A stretch of DNA of 64,000 nt from Spirochaetia bacterium (lineage in GTDB: Bacteria; Spirochaetota; Spirochaetia; DSM-2461). The position numbers and the translations under genes were made by a program. Position 1 is the first letter of the stretch. Every line of letters starts with the position of its first letter. The notes beneath the pieces are model-generated. The model searched no databases, was not told where the DNA came from, and saw nothing but the letters and a program-made list of their open reading frames with translations. The stretch covers positions 1,632,001 through 1,696,000 of the forward strand of contig CAXXIA010000002.1 of assembly GCA_963666985.2 (NCBI GenBank), written 5' to 3'. Below are positions 59,057 to 64,000 of the stretch, in pieces.

Positions 59057-60451
59057 ATGGATAGAAAAAAAGAACGCTTTCTCTGGATTAGCTTATCCGG
59101 AATGCTGGCCGTTGTCCTGGCCGCGGTACTGCTTTCACCCATCGCAATGGCTCAGTCCCGCAAGAATACGCAGGAATACATACGGGAACTGGAAGCGGCC
59201 ATGTATCTGCTCCAGAACAATTATGTTGATGAGGTCGATTCCGAGCAGCTCTTCCGGGGCGCCATGGACGGAATGTTCGCCAGTCTTGACGATCCCTATT
59301 CTCTTTATCTGAACGATGAACTTCTGGAACAGATGACCGATACCACCCAAGGCGAATACGGCGGAGTGGGTCTTTACATCAGCAAAGACCGCTACGATCC
59401 CGACAATCCGTACGGCCGGCTTCCCTACGTAAAGGTCGTCTCTCCCATCGAGGATACTCCGGGCTGGAAAGCCGGCATCAACGCCGGCGATTACATTTAC
59501 GCGATCGAAGGTGAATCCGCCGAAGGATTCGCGACACAAGATGTTTCGGATCGTCTCAGAGGTGTTCCCGGTACAAGCGTTAAGGTAACGATCCTTCGCG
59601 GGGAATACACGTTCGATCTTGTGCTGACACGGCAAAAAATTGAAATCCCGACCGTTAAGACTACGATTATCAACGGGGATATCGGTTATATCAGAATCAT
59701 CGAATTCACCCCCTTTACGGTACCGCGCGTTGAGGAAGCCTTAACCGAATTTACAGCCCAGGGCCTGGATAAACTCATCGTGGACGTCAGAAGCAACCCG
59801 GGCGGCCTTTTGGACTCGGTCGTCGAAATCGCCGACTTCTTCTTCAGCCGGGGCGTCGTGGTGAGCACCCGATACAGACAGGAGCGCATGAATCAGGTTC
59901 ATCGCGCCACTCCCGGCACGATTGTTTCTTCCGATACGAAAATCGCCGTGCTGATCGACAAAGGTTCGGCATCGGCATCGGAAATTCTTACCGGAGCGCT
60001 CAAAGACAGAGGCCGGGCCACGGTTATCGGAGAAACCTCTTTCGGCAAGGGTTCCATCCAGCAAATGATTCCTCTGGACGGCACGGCGATAAAACTCACC
60101 ACGGGCCGCTATTACACGCCGAACGGCATCAACATCGATAAAACCGGCATCGAACCGGACATTGCCGTAAAAGAACCGGATTTAACCGACGAACAGACCA
60201 AGGCTTATGCCGTTCTTCTCCAGGAAAACCGAATCGGTTCCTTTGTGGATTCGTATCCCGATCCGTCTCCATCACAGGTGAACGACTTTGTCGAACAGCT
60301 CCGTTCGGACGGGCTGGATCCCGGCGAACGAATTGTCCGGCTCCTGGTTAAACGGGAATCGGAACGGCGCTTGAACGTTCCGCCGGTTGTGGATTTGGAA
60401 TTCGACCGGGTGCTCCTTCGCGGAGTCTCGTTTCTGGAGACGGGAAAGTGA
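59057..60451 (+). CDS. ctpA: Carboxyl-terminal processing protease (S41A, PDZ)
   Basis: LDDPYS, GGVG, DVRSNPGG, SASASEI, TSFGKGSIQ. Confidence 0.93.
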   Translation: MDRKKERFLWISLSGMLAVVLAAVLLSPIAMAQSRKNTQEYIRELEAAMYLLQNNYVDEVDSEQLFRGAMDGMFASLDDPYSLYLNDELLEQMTDTTQGEYGGVGLYISKDRYDPDNPYGRLPYVKVVSPIEDTPGWKAGINAGDYIYAIEGESAEGFATQDVSDRLRGVPGTSVKVTILRGEYTFDLVLTRQKIEIPTVKTTIINGDIGYIRIIEFTPFTVPRVEEALTEFTAQGLDKLIVDVRSNPGGLLDSVVEIADFFFSRGVVVSTRYRQERMNQVHRATPGTIVSSDTKIAVLIDKGSASASEILTGALKDRGRATVIGETSFGKGSIQQMIPLDGTAIKLTTGRYYTPNGINIDKTGIEPDIAVKEPDLTDEQTKAYAVLLQENRIGSFVDSYPDPSPSQVNDFVEQLRSDGLDPGERIVRLLVKRESERRLNVPPVVDLEFDRVLLRGVSFLETGK

Positions 60452-60861
60452 TTCAAGCCATTTCTCTGGAAACCCGCCGCGGTGATTCGATGACCGATAT
60501 TACCTCGGCGGTTTCTCAAATCGTCGCCGAAAGCGGCGTTACGGAGGGACTTTGCCTTATCAGCAGTCCCCACACCACGGCCGGGGTAACCATTAACGAA
60601 AACGCCGATCCCGACGTACAGACCGATATGATGATGGAAATCGGAAAAATCGTTCCCCGCGAAGACGGTTATCGGCATATGGAAGGCAATTCGGCCGCCC
60701 ATTTGAAAGCAACCTTCACCGGTCTTTCGGTAACGCTTCCGATTTCTGAAGGTCATCTGGTTCTGGGAACTTGGCAGGGTGTCTATTTCTGCGATTACGA
60801 CGGTCCCAGGCGGCGGCGCGTTATGGTTACCGTCATCGGCGATTCAAACCGAAACGGTTAA
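60448..60861 (+). CDS. yjbQ: YjbQ/UPF0047 family protein
   Basis: HTTAGVTINENADPDV, HMEGNSAAH, LGTWQG, DGPRRR. Confidence 0.9.
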   Translation: MIQAISLETRRGDSMTDITSAVSQIVAESGVTEGLCLISSPHTTAGVTINENADPDVQTDMMMEIGKIVPREDGYRHMEGNSAAHLKATFTGLSVTLPISEGHLVLGTWQGVYFCDYDGPRRRRVMVTVIGDSNRNG

Positions 60862-60870
60862 CGGGAACGC

Positions 60871-61641
60871 ATGAAACAGTTTGTCCTTCCCTTTGAACCC
60901 AAAGGCGGCGAACCGGAAAAACGCGCACTGACCGGTCAAGACTTCAAATACCTCATCAGGGTTCGCCGCTATCGCGGCGGAGATAGTATCGCCGCAAGAT
61001 CTCCCAATGGGCGGCCTTACGAAATAAGGATTCTCTCCATAAGCCGAGACTCATGTGAAATTCTTATTGAACCCGGAAAGGATTCCCTTTCCAATCGGTC
61101 TGAAGAAAACTTCCGTATCGTCCTTATGCCGGCCCTTACAAAAGGACGAAAAATGGATCTCGTTGTCCGTCAGGCTGTCGAATCCGGAGCCGTCGGACTA
61201 TGGCCTCTTCAAACCGATCATAGCCAAGTTCGATACGATCATGAAAAGGACGGTCAAACAAAGACGGACCGCTGGAACCGCATCGCAAAAGAAGCCCTGC
61301 AGCAAAGCGGCGGTTCAACACCTCTGACGATTACGAATTCAATAACACTTTCCGAAGCCGTCGACGCCTGGAACCGGCGCGGACCGCTGTTTTTCTTCCA
61401 CGAAAAAGCATTGAAGGAACGCGGTCTCCATAACTATCTTTCAGAGACGAACCTCGAGATCGGTATTATAATTGGACCCGAGGGCGGTCTTTCCGCCGAA
61501 GAAACGCTGTTTCTGGAGAACAGCGGGGCGATTCCCATTTATTTGGGGCCAAGAATCCTCCGGGCCGAGACCGCGGCCCTCTATGCCGTCGCGGCGATTT
61601 CGACCATCATAAGGGAGAGGAACGAATGGCAGCCGATGTAA
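60871..61641 (+). CDS. rsmE: 16S rRNA (uracil1498-N3)-methyltransferase
   Basis: KMDLVVRQAVE, EALQQS, IGPEGG, LGPRILRAETA. Confidence 0.93.
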   Translation: MKQFVLPFEPKGGEPEKRALTGQDFKYLIRVRRYRGGDSIAARSPNGRPYEIRILSISRDSCEILIEPGKDSLSNRSEENFRIVLMPALTKGRKMDLVVRQAVESGAVGLWPLQTDHSQVRYDHEKDGQTKTDRWNRIAKEALQQSGGSTPLTITNSITLSEAVDAWNRRGPLFFFHEKALKERGLHNYLSETNLEIGIIIGPEGGLSAEETLFLENSGAIPIYLGPRILRAETAALYAVAAISTIIRERNEWQPM

Positions 61642-62366
61642 ACAGAATTCATATCTTGGACATACCCCTGGACGTTATTGACGATGAGTCGCTTCAGGAA
61701 ACCATAGAGAAGCTCTACACCCTGAAAGAGCATAGACAAATCATCCTTCTTGATTTCCACGGCTTCATGAAAGCCCGTCATAATTCCGAACTGAAAACGG
61801 CGTTGGTTCAAGCGGCGCTCATCATACCCGTTTCATCGATCCTAACCCGAGCGGCCGGTTTTCTGCATTATAAAATTCCGCCGCTTCGCCGAACATATCC
61901 GTTCGTTATAAGACTGCTCGGCATCCTGGAACAGAAGAACAAATCCGTATACCTGCTCGGTTCCACAATGTCGGGCATCAGAAAAGCCGAGTCCACTTTA
62001 AAGGCGACATTCCCCGGACTGCAGATCGTGGGAAGATATGCCGCCCATTTCCCCGCCAACAGGGAATCCGACGTTGTCACGGCCATTAAAAAGTCCTCTC
62101 CGACCCTGCTTCTCGCCGGACGCGGGCTAAAAGAACGTCATTTATGGATCAGCCGAAGACGTACGCAGTTCTCGCCCGGATTAAGTCTCTGGGAAAATAC
62201 ATGTTTTGATGTTTTTTCAGGGAAAAAATCGAAACCGAATAATTCAACCGGTGCCCGGCTTTTCAAAGGTTTTTTCGGTTCCCTTATTCGTCCGTGGCGT
62301 TTTCTTCGGGGATTTCGCTACCTGTTTTTCTTTATTTTGGTCGTCATTGAACGGATTCGCGGCTGA
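61626..62366 (+). CDS. WecB/TagA/CpsF family glycosyltransferase (divergent)
   Basis: SVYLLG, FPGLQIVG, FDVFSG, RPWR. Confidence 0.75.
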   Translation: MAADVNRIHILDIPLDVIDDESLQETIEKLYTLKEHRQIILLDFHGFMKARHNSELKTALVQAALIIPVSSILTRAAGFLHYKIPPLRRTYPFVIRLLGILEQKNKSVYLLGSTMSGIRKAESTLKATFPGLQIVGRYAAHFPANRESDVVTAIKKSSPTLLLAGRGLKERHLWISRRRTQFSPGLSLWENTCFDVFSGKKSKPNNSTGARLFKGFFGSLIRPWRFLRGFRYLFFFILVVIERIRG

Positions 62367-62424
62367 TATCCGTTTCCATCAAACGGATAGCCCCGCTTGA
62401 TGGCCTGGAGTATACTTCAAATCT

Positions 62425-62886
62425 ATGCTCAACATTCGATTTCTGTACACGCTTCTCGATTCGAATTTCATCCGTGTTTTTCTCGGCCTGGCCGCCGTTA
62501 TCGGTATCGGTGTTCTGGCGGATATCATCATTATTCTGAAGCTTTCTCTTCTCATCGGCCCGTGGATAACCATGGCTATTCTCTCGGCCAATGCGGTCTT
62601 GGGAATACGAATCGCTTATAGTCTGACTGACCGATGTAAACAATCAATTATGGAAACCGTCGGCAGAGGCCGCGGTGATCATGATCAATTCTTCCGGTAC
62701 TTAGCAACCCTTATCACCTCTCTCTTTCTCGTCGTACCCGGATTCATCAACACAATCGCCGGGGCCGTTCTTCTTATTCCGGCCGTTTCGATTCGTTTTG
62801 GGAAAAAAACGGCTGAAATTCTGGGAATCGATTGGCGGGAAGCCTACGAATATCTCCGGCTCGACGGAATCGCGGGAAATAACTGA
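62425..62886 (+). CDS. FxsA family membrane protein
   Basis: LVVPGFINTIAGAVLLIP resembles the FxsA PGFxTD motif. Confidence 0.65.
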   Translation: MLNIRFLYTLLDSNFIRVFLGLAAVIGIGVLADIIIILKLSLLIGPWITMAILSANAVLGIRIAYSLTDRCKQSIMETVGRGRGDHDQFFRYLATLITSLFLVVPGFINTIAGAVLLIPAVSIRFGKKTAEILGIDWREAYEYLRLDGIAGNN

Positions 62887-63069
62887 ATTCCTAAAACGAA
62901 TACCGGAGTAACCGCTCGCTCTTTGAATTCCCTTCAATAAAGCTTCATATTTAAATCATTGTTTCTTGAAATCACCCCGCTATATTAAAAAGAACCATCT
63001 GTGAATGTTTCTTTCTGCTCATCTCTCCACCCGCCGATATTTAAAAATTGTTTACGGAGAAAATCCTTT

Positions 63070-64000
63070 ATGTACCGCGTTCTTGTTCACGGATCCGATG
63101 AGCGTGAATACCGCTCTCTTAAAGATGTCCTGCCGGACAACATCAAGCTGAACTACATAATTGATCGAAATCGTCTTTTAAATATGGTCGATGAGGACAT
63201 TCACGGCATCGTCCTGCGTTTTTCAAATCCGGATTACACCGATTTAACCTTTGTAAAAAAGGTTTCTGATTCGATCGGATTTGCCGGGGTGATCGTTGTT
63301 GTCAGCGGGGTTACACCCGCTCAGGCCGTCAGCTGTATGCGAAACGGCGCTTACGACTGCTTTGTCGGTCCCCTCGACGGTGAAACGATCAGTCCTTGTT
63401 TGGTCAGAATGATTGATACATCTTTTTCTATGGAACAAAAGAAAACAGCGACTTTTATTTCCGGAGACAGTCGAATCATGGCCGATCTCAGGAAGCGGCT
63501 TGTTCTACTGGCGAAGGATTCACACCCGGTTTTGATAACAGGAGAAACGGGGAGCGGGAAAGACCTCGCGGCAAGAACGATACACATGACAAGCTCCCGC
63601 CGTGAAGAACCCTTTATAGCCGTAAATTGCGCGGCTTATACGGATGAGTTACTCCGATCGGAGTTATTCGGTTCACTGCGCGGCGCCTATACCGATTCCA
63701 CCGATCGTCCCGGTCTTTTTGAAAGCTCACACGGCGGCACTCTGTTTCTGGATGAAATCGGCGAATTAAGCCCTTGCTGCCAGAGCGCTCTTTTAAGAAT
63801 TATTGAAGACGGAACGATTCGAAGAATGGGTGGCGTGAAAACCAAACATGTCGATGTAAGGATTATCGCCGCGACGAACAGAAACATTGATGAGGCGATT
63901 CAATCGGGAACCTTTCGCCGGGATCTTTACTACCGCTTAAGTCAATTAGCCGTAAATATTCCTCCCCTCAGGAAACACCGGGAAGACATACCCCGACTTG
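63070..64000 (+). CDS. Partial CDS running off the right edge: sigma54-activator-family AAA+ protein with pseudo-receiver domain
   Basis: Not in the ORF track. Manual translation from ATG 63070: MYRVLVHG...GETGSGKD...VNCAA...SELFGSLRGAYTDS...FLDEIGE...IIAATNR...DLYYRL, open to the end. Confidence 0.88.
   Translation, partial: MYRVLVHGSDEREYRSLKDVLPDNIKLNYIIDRNRLLNMVDEDIHGIVLRFSNPDYTDLTFVKKVSDSIGFAGVIVVVSGVTPAQAVSCMRNGAYDCFVGPLDGETISPCLVRMIDTSFSMEQKKTATFISGDSRIMADLRKRLVLLAKDSHPVLITGETGSGKDLAARTIHMTSSRREEPFIAVNCAAYTDELLRSELFGSLRGAYTDSTDRPGLFESSHGGTLFLDEIGELSPCCQSALLRIIEDGTIRRMGGVKTKHVDVRIIAATNRNIDEAIQSGTFRRDLYYRLSQLAVNIPPLRKHREDIPRL

Noticed and set aside
61626..62366. WecB/TagA glycosyltransferase as part of the polysaccharide locus
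   Set aside because: It lies over 30 kb away and overlaps rsmE in a housekeeping unit; nothing in the sequence links it to the locus.
1..64000. CRISPR array, tRNA, rRNA, integrase or transposase genes
   Set aside because: None recognised on reading either strand; short RNA genes could have been missed without a covariance search.

Overview
Bacterial DNA, most likely from a free-living spirochaete: the right half carries proS, a DUF2259-like gene, a FapA/DUF342 gene, a MinD-like ATPase, ctpA and rsmE. The left ~30 kb is a comparatively AT-rich Wzx/Wzy-type surface-polysaccharide locus. It encodes a priming glycosyltransferase, co-polymerase, Wza-like exporter, RmlC/RmlD-like enzymes, a GT2, flippase, polymerase/ligase, a pyruvyltransferase and two acyltransferase-3 proteins. 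The most striking element is a 2318-aa hybrid NRPS-PKS (A[Ser-type code]-PCP-KS-AT[malonyl-type]-ACP-C*[HRxxxDG]-TE) lying in a tight unit between a lipoprotein esterase and a membrane acyltransferase. This suggests an assembly-line-made acyl decoration of the polysaccharide. The locus also holds three paralogous degenerate GGDEF-like domains that all keep the RxxD c-di-GMP I-site, one fused to the priming transferase. Two near-consensus sigma54 promoters lie near an NtrC-family activator. From ~30.5 kb the DNA is more GC-rich and mostly housekeeping (hisE, hisA, pyrC, lysA, malQ, GH13, proS). It includes two related TA-flanked MITE-like elements and a frameshifted CsgG-like/beta-barrel gene. 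All calls come from motif recognition by eye; no database search was run and base composition was judged visually.
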